The notes under the pieces are model-generated. The model was not told the origin of the DNA. It worked only from the letters and a program-made list of their open reading frames with translations, and ran no database searches. A stretch of DNA of 21,942 bases, taken from Candidatus Odinarchaeia archaeon. GTDB lineage: Archaea > Asgardarchaeota > Odinarchaeia > Odinarchaeales > Odinarchaeaceae. Below, in pieces: positions 7,918-16,261 of this stretch (the stretch's first letter is position 1; every line of letters starts with the position of its first letter). The translations under genes were made by a program, and so were the position numbers. Where the stretch lies: the NCBI GenBank assembly GCA_029856525.1, contig JAHQXC010000014.1:1-21942 (forward strand), read 5' to 3'.

Positions 7918-8127
7918 TTAAAGAGCTTCCGGTTTCAGCGATTAAACTTGCGGATGCGAGTAAAGTTTTTAGTTTTACCGGCGTGTATTCGACTTGTCTT
8001 ATGCCTACTCAAAAATATTATAGGAGAAAGGCATTATATAATTTTATCGTCTCTTATCCTCTTCCTGTGAAAGGAGAGTTGTTGAGATGAGTTTAGGTAT
8101 TTAACTTTACCGTCAGGAGGAGTTGCA

Positions 8128-9057
8128 TTGGATATTCTAGTAACAGGGGGTTGTGGATTCATAGGATCAAACTTAGCTTGCGCTCTTGTAGAAAAAGGCT
8201 ATAATGTGCACGTGTTAGATAATCTTTCAAACGGTAAACTTGAGAATATTAAAGAATATCTTGGTAATATAATATTTTGGAGAGGGGATGTGACTGATAA
8301 AAATTATGTTGATAATATTATATCTCGGGTTGACGCTGTTTATCATCTAGCAGCTCAGGTAAGTGTTGCAGCTTCTATTAAAGAGCCTGTAAAAGATGCA
8401 GCGGTGAATATCGGAGGGACCTTGAATATTTTACAAGCGGCTTCAACCTACCGGATTAAGAAAATAATTTATTATTCATCTGCAGCCGTCTACGGGGAGC
8501 CTGTTTATCTTCCAATCGATGAAAAACATCCTAAAAACCCTTTAAGCCCTTATGGTTTAAGCAAGCTTACAGGTGAGAAATATGCTGAATTCTACAGTAA
8601 ATTCTACGGGTTGAATATAGTTATCATACGCCCCTTCAATGTTTACGGTCCTAAACAGGATCCGCGCAACCCTTACACAGGAGTTATATCCACGTTTCTA
8701 GATAAAGCTTTACGCGGGGAGAGTATCCCCATCTACGGGGATGGGAGTCAATCCAGGGATTTCATCTACGTTGACGATCTAGTGGATTTATCTATTAAAA
8801 TACTTTCGAAGAATACTCCTCAATTCATCGCGTTAAACGGTGCATGCGGTGAGAGAACCACGATAAAAAGTTTAGCTGAGAGAATAAAAGAGTTAACAGG
8901 CTCTAATTCAAAAATAATATTTCTACCTAGAAGGGAAGGAGAAATCTATGAGAGCTACGCGGATATATCTGTTGCAAAACAGCTTTTAGATTTCAAACCC
9001 GTTTATAAAATAGACGATGGCTTAAAAAAACTTATAGAGTATTTTAAACGCGGATAA
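8128..9057 (+). CDS. Extended SDR NAD-dependent 4-epimerase, probably accepting UDP-GlcNAc/GalNAc (PelX/WbpP-like)
   Basis: TGGCGFIGS, SSAAVYG, YGLSK, FNVYGP. RREGEIYESYAD has Ser at the gatekeeper position. TTG start with RBS AGGAGGAG. Confidence 0.85.
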   Translation: MDILVTGGCGFIGSNLACALVEKGYNVHVLDNLSNGKLENIKEYLGNIIFWRGDVTDKNYVDNIISRVDAVYHLAAQVSVAASIKEPVKDAAVNIGGTLNILQAASTYRIKKIIYYSSAAVYGEPVYLPIDEKHPKNPLSPYGLSKLTGEKYAEFYSKFYGLNIVIIRPFNVYGPKQDPRNPYTGVISTFLDKALRGESIPIYGDGSQSRDFIYVDDLVDLSIKILSKNTPQFIALNGACGERTTIKSLAERIKELTGSNSKIIFLPRREGEIYESYADISVAKQLLDFKPVYKIDDGLKKLIEYFKRG

Positions 9058-9102
9058 CTTTTATTAACTAATAAATCGATTTTATATTAAGAGGGGGAGG
9101 AT

Positions 9103-10185
9103 GTGTCAAGCTCTGAAAACCTGCATTCAGATGAAAGCTTAGAATTAGAGAATATTCTAAACACCAGCTTCGACATAAAAATATACGATTACATGGTTAT
9201 ACACCGCCACGGCTATTCTATAATAAACGAGAAGCTTACATCAACGAAAATAGATTTAGATCTCACATCCGGATTGATTTCAGCGATAGTCTTAGCTTCA
9301 AAAGAACTTTTCAATACAGGTAAAGGGTTAAAAATACTAGACTTCGGTAATAATAGCATTGTATTAAGCTCCGGAGAGTATCTTATCATAGGTGTGATTA
9401 CAGAGTTTATAACAAGCGATCTTAAAAAATATTTAAAAGATTTACTAGAATATGTTGAACGGAAATACGCTCTTCTACTATCCGCGTGGACTGGTAACCT
9501 GGATGAAATCAAAACTGTGACAGAGATTATTTCAAAGGCGTTAACACCTTACATAATCCGGGAATTCAAATTTAATAAAGAGCTTAAATCGAAGGAAATA
9601 AACGAGAGCATGCTATTCAACATACGTGAACTTGATAAGATCACTATTAAAAATATTATCGACTTAGCCGGCGGCTTATCCTGTAAAATAGACGAGGGTA
9701 AAATTCTCTCGCTCTGCCGGCTTCTATGCAGTGATGCTTTAAGCTTCACAGAGCTGGAAAGCCTTCTCAACGTTGACAGAGATGTTTTAAAAGAGCTTCT
9801 ATCACGAATATCTAGTTTAGGAGTTCTACGAGTCTATAAGAAAACTAGTTTAAGAAAACTGTTAACACCTAAAACTAATATTAAAATAGCTTCACCTTCA
9901 GACTACGCTTTAAATATTTCTAAAATAGAGAGTAGTGATAGAGGTGCAGAGGTTGATTTCAAACTTGTGTTAGCTGATGATATTAAACCCGGAGGCGCGG
10001 TGATAGTCCCGGTTGTATTAGCGATGGTTAAAAGCGGGGAGATCATCATCCCTTATTTCATGAAGAATATTGAGAAATTGAGAGAGATAATCGGAAAAGA
10101 TGTTTTAAAAGAGGCGTTAAACGTTCAAGATAACCGTGATATAACGCTTCTGAAAACAATAAAGAAAATTGATTCACTATGGTGA
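9103..10185 (+). CDS. Longin/roadblock-like N-terminal domain plus winged-helix-like domain protein
   Basis: YMVIHRHGYSII...DLDLTSGLISAIVLASKELF...LKILDFGNNSIVL resembles Asgard longin/roadblock domains. LLCSDALSFTELESLLNVDRDVLKELLSRISSLGVLRV resembles a wHTH. RBS GAGGGGGAGG. Confidence 0.6.
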   Translation: MSSSENLHSDESLELENILNTSFDIKIYDYMVIHRHGYSIINEKLTSTKIDLDLTSGLISAIVLASKELFNTGKGLKILDFGNNSIVLSSGEYLIIGVITEFITSDLKKYLKDLLEYVERKYALLLSAWTGNLDEIKTVTEIISKALTPYIIREFKFNKELKSKEINESMLFNIRELDKITIKNIIDLAGGLSCKIDEGKILSLCRLLCSDALSFTELESLLNVDRDVLKELLSRISSLGVLRVYKKTSLRKLLTPKTNIKIASPSDYALNISKIESSDRGAEVDFKLVLADDIKPGGAVIVPVVLAMVKSGEIIIPYFMKNIEKLREIIGKDVLKEALNVQDNRDITLLKTIKKIDSLW

Positions 10186-10197
10186 ACGGTGCGGTAA

Positions 10198-10596
10198 ATG
10201 CCACAAGGAGTCCTCTTAATAGGCTGGAGTCTAGAGGAGGGGCCTGTTATAGAAGCTAAGTATCCTGACTGGCTTCCAGATTTCAGTAAAGAGGCTATAG
10301 CGATATTTAACGCGCATAGTGCAGGCTGCAGAAAATCAGGTGCAATGTTTCTGAGCATGCCGAGTGTTAAAGTAGTCAGCTACTATACAGGATTACAGAT
10401 AAATAAAGTTGTTTCAGTGATACTAGATAGAGCTGAGCATCCAGCGCCGTTTATGGAGGCTCTCGAAGGCTTAATAAACGAGTGTTTAAAAAACGGAGTA
10501 GATTTTAAATATGAAATACTTCCTAAAATATATAAAAGACTCGAGAAAATCGGGAGAGCTCAAACCGCGGTTGATAAAATTATTAGATTATTCTAA
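10198..10596 (+). CDS. Stand-alone longin (uDENN/NPRL2-type) domain protein
   Basis: GVLLIGWSLEEGPVIEAKYP matches the beta1-GP-beta2-P pattern of uDENN/NPR2-type longins; 132 aa with a beta-rich core and C-terminal helices. Confidence 0.55.
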   Translation: MPQGVLLIGWSLEEGPVIEAKYPDWLPDFSKEAIAIFNAHSAGCRKSGAMFLSMPSVKVVSYYTGLQINKVVSVILDRAEHPAPFMEALEGLINECLKNGVDFKYEILPKIYKRLEKIGRAQTAVDKIIRLF

Positions 10597-10607
10597 GAGG
10601 TTTTCAT

Positions 10608-11336
10608 ATGAGTTTAACACCCGATAATTGCCGTGTGAAAACGGGGATAAAAGGCTTCGATGAACTTATCAAAGGCGGCTTCCCTACTGTGGGAACCTAC
10701 CTTGTGACAGGGACATCTGGAACAGGGAAAACCCTTTTCGGAATAGAGTTTATTTATAAAGGTATAACGTTATTCGATGAACCGGGGATTTTCATCACAA
10801 TGGATGAGCCGCCTGACAAGCTTCGAGCTCACGTTAAAATGTCATTCGGCTGGGATCTTGAACAGCTTGAAAATGAAGGTAAACTAGCGATTGTTGACGC
10901 GATAAGCTCAAGGGTTTCAGCTCCTTCAAACGAGAAATATATTCTGAGAAGAGGGGAAATAGACAGTCTATTATATAAAACAGCGAATATTATAGGAGAG
11001 CTTGGGGCTAAAAGAGTTGTGTTAGATTCAATAGTATCCTTAGCCTACCAGTATGATAGTATATTCGATTTAAGAAGAGATATTCAAAGGTTATGTTATG
11101 GTATAAGCCAGCTTAACTGTACATTTCTAATAACCACAGAGGTTCCCAGCGGCTCAGATCGTTTAAGCAGATTTGATATAGAAGAATTCGTGGTGGACGG
11201 TATCATCTTGTTAAAACTTGATAAAGTAAACGATATGAACGTTAGAAGATTGATGATAGTAAAGATGAGGGGAACAGAGCATGATATGAAAGAGCATGTA
11301 TTCAATATAACTAGGGATGGGATCATAGTAGAGTAA
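10608..11336 (+). CDS. Single-domain KaiC-like (COG0467) ATPase
   Basis: TGIKGFDELIKGG, Walker A GTSGTGKT, Walker B VVLDS, IEEFVVDGII, RRLMIVKMRGT. Confidence 0.9.
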   Translation: MSLTPDNCRVKTGIKGFDELIKGGFPTVGTYLVTGTSGTGKTLFGIEFIYKGITLFDEPGIFITMDEPPDKLRAHVKMSFGWDLEQLENEGKLAIVDAISSRVSAPSNEKYILRRGEIDSLLYKTANIIGELGAKRVVLDSIVSLAYQYDSIFDLRRDIQRLCYGISQLNCTFLITTEVPSGSDRLSRFDIEEFVVDGIILLKLDKVNDMNVRRLMIVKMRGTEHDMKEHVFNITRDGIIVE

Positions 11337-11359
11337 TATATTTTTACACGGGGATATTA

Positions 11360-14300
11360 TTGACTAAAATACGTCGGCTAACTATTCTACTGCTTTTATT
11401 TTTAATAATACCGTTTATATTTCAACCTGTTAAGATTACAGGGCAACCTGTTAGCGGCGTCCCCTTCGAGGTTAAACCGGTTGGAATAGTTTTCAGTAAT
11501 TTAAGTTTAAGCTGGAAGCAGGTAGGTTATGATAATTCTAATATCTCCGCTCCCGTTATACTGCCTTTCTACGTGGTTGAAAGCCATATTTACATGGCTG
11601 GTTTAAGATTCGAAGTCCTCCCCGAGGAGAATATAACTAGCAGCGGGGTCTTAGAGAGATATTCGTGTATAATACTACCCGAGAACACTTATATCTCTAA
11701 TAGCAGCCGGCTTACATTATTAAATTATTATAGAGAATACTTAGAGAACGGTGGAAGCATAATAGGATTCGGTTATATAGGTGTGAAAGATGAAAACAAC
11801 ACTTTCTATGCGAATAGAGATTTATTTTGGAGGGAGCTTTTCAACGTTAAAGATAACGGCTTCCTGAACTTAAGTTATTCGATTAAAACGCTCAGCCATC
11901 CTATAACAGCCGACTATTCATTAAATACGACTATTCACAGCGGAGGCTTCGGCTTAGATAATATTACTGTTAATTCAACTTTGATAAATACGCAGCCTTT
12001 TCTTAAAGCTGTAGCTAATGAGACAGGTGTCTTTCTAACATATTGCGGTTTCGCTTCACAGATAGGTGCCGGTAGAAGCGTGTTCATAAACGTTTACGAT
12101 CTCGGATTGAACCCGTGGTTTGACCGGTCGACTCTTCTATTAAAAGCCTTGCAATGGTGTATATTCAGAGATTATCCTGCTATAGCTTTACAGCCGACTT
12201 CCGGCCGTTTAACATGGATTTTCACCGTAGACCAGGACTGGTGTTTCGCTACAGTGAACACAACTAACGCTTTAAGAAGACTGTTAACTTTAGCTGATAC
12301 ATATTATTTCACATTCGGCTGGGCGATTATAAGCGAGGGGCCTGTTAAACAATCAGGTGAATTTTACGGCTTCATAAATTGGAGTGCATGTAAACCTTTA
12401 TTTTTAGAAGCATATCGTAAAGGAAATGATTTAGCATCCCACTCCGTTACTCATGTTTACTGGGATTTAACACCTGTAACCGACCTGAGAGTTTTAAACG
12501 AGCTTAATTTAAGCAAGCATCAGATTGAAGGGAATCTTAGTATACCGGTAACCGGGTTACAGGTCTGGGGGCCCGGGATCTGGTTCAGCCGTTATAATGC
12601 ATCAGTTTATCTTCCACAGGTAGGCTACCAGTATGTAACAGAGTTAAGCGTGGAAGACTTCCCGTATTTAATGGGATGGGAGTTTTACTATTCAGGTGGC
12701 GGGAACATAGACTTTAATAAAACTGTTTTCGTTTTATTCAGGCAATCCTACTCAGATCATAATTATTTCAGTCCAACTCAGATGAATCTTAACTGGAGTC
12801 GGGCTTGGGAGATTGAGAGGAGGAATTTCGATGACGCGTATCGAATCGGTAACGGTATGCCTTACACGCTTCTCTGGCATGACTATTCTATAGATAATTC
12901 AAGCCGTCTACCTTTATTATATAATATATTAGACTATGAGCTCTGGCAGAGACGGGATGTCTACACTTGTACACCCTACGAGTATTATCATAGGATTCAA
13001 GCGCATGATATGATGAAATATAATGTAACATATTACTCGAATAACACTATCCGGATTAATCTAGACACGCGTAGCGTTAGCGATGAATACTTAGATTATA
13101 TAGCAGGTCAGATGATAAGATTTGATAATCTCAGCTTATACGTTAAAACTGTGAGAATAGACTCGCAGGAATACCTCGCTTACTCTAATAACACGGTTAT
13201 ATTGCCGAAGCTTACTAGAGGCGTTCACACGATAACTGTGACCTTGGACAGTCAGCCGTCGAATCAACCGCATATCATCGGCTGCACAGCCGGGGGCCCG
13301 GTAGTCGCCTCTTCTACAAGCGAGTTTTTCGCGTTCAACTTTACAAGTCCGAAGCAGAGAATTGGACGAGTACTCGTAGAGTTGAATAATACGCCGGTGA
13401 CCATATTCGTGAATAGAACACTGACAGATAAATGGTTTTATGACGGTAAGACTCTTATTTTAGCTTTAAACATTTCAGGTGACACGCTTATAGAGGTTTA
13501 TTATTCACGCCGTTTCACTGCGAGTATATTAAACGTGGATAAGAGAATATATTTTCCAAGTGATCCTGTGATTGTAAACTATACTTTAACTAACAGTTAT
13601 CCCTTCCCGTTGAATCTTAAAATTAAAGCGGTTATCTCAGCTTCGAATATAAGTCTAGGTGAAAGTGAGACTGTTTTAACTATAGGCGCTGGGCGTGAAT
13701 ATAACGGGTTGATAACTGTTCAACCTCAATCCGGGTGGCCTTCAACTAATTTAAACGTTGAAATAAAAGTGATATCAGGTTACGCGGTGTTATACTCTAC
13801 TTCTTCAGTCGGCGGCGTATACGTTTACTGGTTTAACGGTGAGCTTTTAATCGCGTCACTGAGTTTTATAGCTGTTTTCACAGTGATAATCGCTTTCACT
13901 AATAGGTTTATCGGATCTGAGAAAATTAAGAAAATCGGCGGATTCTTCATCAACGGTTTATTCGCTGCAACCCCTCTAGTATTCAATTTAGGATTAGTAT
14001 TATTATTAGGATACCATTACAGTCAAATATTAAACCCTGTTGAAACAAATATTTTAGCTTTAATCTACAGTATTATAATCCCGGTTGCTTTCACATTCTA
14101 CGGTTTAGATTATTTAACAAGAAAATACACTTTAGAAGCAGCGTTGTCTGAGGATTCAGCTCTTACAAAGAAATATGTTAAGCAAAGTCTTTTAACAAGC
14201 TTTTATATTTCGATCACAGTTACAATTGTTCTCTTATTATTCTCCATATTCACCGGGTTAATCTCTTTAGAAACGGTTTTACCGGCTTTAATCTGTATTA

Positions 14301-15253
14301 TACCGAATATATTCCTTTTATGTTTTATAGGAGCGTATAAGGCTTTAAACAAGCTGCATATAGTCGCCGCTGTCTATCTTACCGCTATAGCTTCGATGAT
14401 AGTGGTTTCCTTATATACGTCTTACTACACAGGTTTACTCGGTGTCATATCCTCTTATAGTATAAGTCTTATTTTAGCATGTGTTTTCCTAGCAGTCTAC
14501 CTTTTTAACCGTGTTCTTAAACCTGGTGGGCTGCCGTTAATTGAACCCGTCTTCTATACTAAACTGTTTAAAGAATCTGGTTTCAATTTGAAAGCTATTA
14601 TTTTAGGCGGTTTAATAATCAACCTGTTCATGTTAACAAGCTACCTGGTTTGGTTCATTTACGGCTGGAGTGTGACCGGTTATAGTGTGCTCTTGAACTC
14701 TCAGCTTCAAACACCGATAGTTATCTTCCAGTTAACTGTTTTCCCTGTGATAGGTGTAGCCGGGCTTTTAATTCGAAGGGTTGAAGAATACCTTAACGAG
14801 TTTAGTCGTCAGAAACTGTCTAAGAGGAAGGAGGCTGTGAACGCTTATAAAGATGTTTTAAAAGCTTATAGAAGACTGATTATAGGCGTCTCCGCCACCG
14901 CGATTATAACAGTCACACCTATCTCATATTTTTTGAAGGAGATTCTCTCATTCTTCAACCTTACTTTAAATATCACTTTGATAGATGTTGCCGCGCTTGC
15001 AGTGGGCTGGGTGTTATTCTCAATTCTTTTAGCTCAAATATTGTTTACAGCGATGATCAGTCTTAAATCAGGTTGTCTCAGCTTAATTATAGCTGTAGCT
15101 TTAACTCTTATCATATCTTTCACTCTACTTTTAACAGGTTTCTTAACCGCGTATACGAGTATTTTAACAGGGTTCGCAGCCGGTTTAACAGCGGCTTTAT
15201 TCTACTCGACGTTAATTGTTTTAAGAAGATTAAAACAGGTTTCACGGTTTTAG
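11360..15253 (+). CDS. Membrane-anchored polysaccharide deacetylase (PelA-DA-like) fused to a PelG-like multi-TM exporter
   Basis: Signal peptide and GATase-like/ThuA-like segment (YLENGGSIIG). CE4-like motifs TVDQD (about 12224), HSVTH (12440-12454) and LLWHD (about 12878). Ig-like segment and about 28 N-x-S/T sequons by hand count. The last ~440 aa are highly hydrophobic and start with a PelG-like pattern (GLFAATPLVFNL...YGLDYLTRKY). Confidence 0.65.
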   Translation: MTKIRRLTILLLLFLIIPFIFQPVKITGQPVSGVPFEVKPVGIVFSNLSLSWKQVGYDNSNISAPVILPFYVVESHIYMAGLRFEVLPEENITSSGVLERYSCIILPENTYISNSSRLTLLNYYREYLENGGSIIGFGYIGVKDENNTFYANRDLFWRELFNVKDNGFLNLSYSIKTLSHPITADYSLNTTIHSGGFGLDNITVNSTLINTQPFLKAVANETGVFLTYCGFASQIGAGRSVFINVYDLGLNPWFDRSTLLLKALQWCIFRDYPAIALQPTSGRLTWIFTVDQDWCFATVNTTNALRRLLTLADTYYFTFGWAIISEGPVKQSGEFYGFINWSACKPLFLEAYRKGNDLASHSVTHVYWDLTPVTDLRVLNELNLSKHQIEGNLSIPVTGLQVWGPGIWFSRYNASVYLPQVGYQYVTELSVEDFPYLMGWEFYYSGGGNIDFNKTVFVLFRQSYSDHNYFSPTQMNLNWSRAWEIERRNFDDAYRIGNGMPYTLLWHDYSIDNSSRLPLLYNILDYELWQRRDVYTCTPYEYYHRIQAHDMMKYNVTYYSNNTIRINLDTRSVSDEYLDYIAGQMIRFDNLSLYVKTVRIDSQEYLAYSNNTVILPKLTRGVHTITVTLDSQPSNQPHIIGCTAGGPVVASSTSEFFAFNFTSPKQRIGRVLVELNNTPVTIFVNRTLTDKWFYDGKTLILALNISGDTLIEVYYSRRFTASILNVDKRIYFPSDPVIVNYTLTNSYPFPLNLKIKAVISASNISLGESETVLTIGAGREYNGLITVQPQSGWPSTNLNVEIKVISGYAVLYSTSSVGGVYVYWFNGELLIASLSFIAVFTVIIAFTNRFIGSEKIKKIGGFFINGLFAATPLVFNLGLVLLLGYHYSQILNPVETNILALIYSIIIPVAFTFYGLDYLTRKYTLEAALSEDSALTKKYVKQSLLTSFYISITVTIVLLLFSIFTGLISLETVLPALICIIPNIFLLCFIGAYKALNKLHIVAAVYLTAIASMIVVSLYTSYYTGLLGVISSYSISLILACVFLAVYLFNRVLKPGGLPLIEPVFYTKLFKESGFNLKAIILGGLIINLFMLTSYLVWFIYGWSVTGYSVLLNSQLQTPIVIFQLTVFPVIGVAGLLIRRVEEYLNEFSRQKLSKRKEAVNAYKDVLKAYRRLIIGVSATAIITVTPISYFLKEILSFFNLTLNITLIDVAALAVGWVLFSILLAQILFTAMISLKSGCLSLIIAVALTLIISFTLLLTGFLTAYTSILTGFAAGLTAALFYSTLIVLRRLKQVSRF

Positions 15254-16255
15254 AGGGTAACCGCAGTAAGGGCAGAATTTGAAGTCGCGTTTTACAAGTC
15301 TTTTACATTTAACGCATAAAAGGTTGGGTAGATCTGTAAAACAGTAGGGGCAGATCTTCATATGAGGCTGGATCGTCGACTTACATTTATAGCATTCGAC
15401 GAGCATGCTAGTTTTTAAGCCGTCTGATTCTTTAACCTGTGATTTAATTTTTTTAATAGTGTCAGATTTCTTTAAACCTAATTGTTTACGTATAAGCTCG
15501 ACGGGCACTCCTCTAATCAACTGCAAGTATATAAAAGTGTTTCTAAGGGTTTGCGGGGTAATCTTATAGGGTATACTGCAGGTTTTAGAAAGCTTCTCCG
15601 TGATATTCTTGAATATAAAGTTTAGGGTTGCGTAGCTTAACTTATCATGGGCTTTATTAACGCCGGTTGAGAAGATTAGGTCATCTTCTTTTAAATAGCT
15701 TTTAGAATTGATGTAATCTGTAAGATAGGTTTGAACTATATCTGGAAGGTTTAAAACTCTATAAGGTGGGAGAGGGGACATTATAATCGACTGTTCGAAA
15801 ATATTCTTTTTACGTAGATTAATAAGCTCAGATGTTCTAATACCTGTCTCCGTGAATAATGCGATGATAACTCTGTCACGCGGGTTATCTGTGCATTCGT
15901 ATAATGCTTTAAGCTGTTCTACGCTGAGGAAGCAGGGTTCTCTTATAGGATAAGATTTAGGATAGGTTACTTTCACGTTCAAGCCGAGCTCTCTTAGAAA
16001 ACGTTGAATAACGCGACTGTAGCGTGTAACGGTGGATGGTTTTTTACCCTGGTTTAAAAGGTTTATCTGCCAGTCTTGTATGTCGACGTCTTCTACTTGT
16101 TTAAGATCTTTACCGTTAATTTTTTTTAAAAAAAGTTTTAGAATTTTAACCTCGCCTTCAATCGTTGACTCTGATTTACCCTGCTCGCCTAGTGTTTTAA
16201 TGTATTTTTCAACGTAAACGTTTTCTTTAAAAGACATGTTATTAAAATTAACCAT
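15242..16255 (-). CDS. Xer-like tyrosine recombinase fold with degenerate active site and C-terminal double zinc ribbon
   Basis: ETGIRTSELINL and ITPQTLRNTF, LGL in place of LGH, and no catalytic Tyr. C-terminus CYKC..CPYC..CVKC..CPYCG. Overlaps the convergent gene by 12 bp. Confidence 0.85.
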   Translation of the reverse strand: MVNFNNMSFKENVYVEKYIKTLGEQGKSESTIEGEVKILKLFLKKINGKDLKQVEDVDIQDWQINLLNQGKKPSTVTRYSRVIQRFLRELGLNVKVTYPKSYPIREPCFLSVEQLKALYECTDNPRDRVIIALFTETGIRTSELINLRKKNIFEQSIIMSPLPPYRVLNLPDIVQTYLTDYINSKSYLKEDDLIFSTGVNKAHDKLSYATLNFIFKNITEKLSKTCSIPYKITPQTLRNTFIYLQLIRGVPVELIRKQLGLKKSDTIKKIKSQVKESDGLKTSMLVECYKCKSTIQPHMKICPYCFTDLPNLLCVKCKRLVKRDFKFCPYCGYPLKP

Positions 16256-16261
16256 AAAACT

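Noticed and set aside
7846-8070. 74-aa ORF, and a parallel open frame 7866-8090, spanning the E2 left end
   Set aside because: Both start inside the mini-IS and have no motif. Excising E2 in silico does not restore a gene, because the 7866-8090 frame hits TAA at 7719-7721.
10608-11336. KaiC as evidence of a circadian clock
   Set aside because: Single domain, no KaiA/KaiB in the window and no Ser/Thr at the clock phosphosites, which is typical of archaeal COG0467.
15242-16255. Integrase as marker of a prophage or integrated element
   Set aside because: Catalytic residues are lost, and there is no adjacent tRNA, att direct repeat or viral/plasmid gene.
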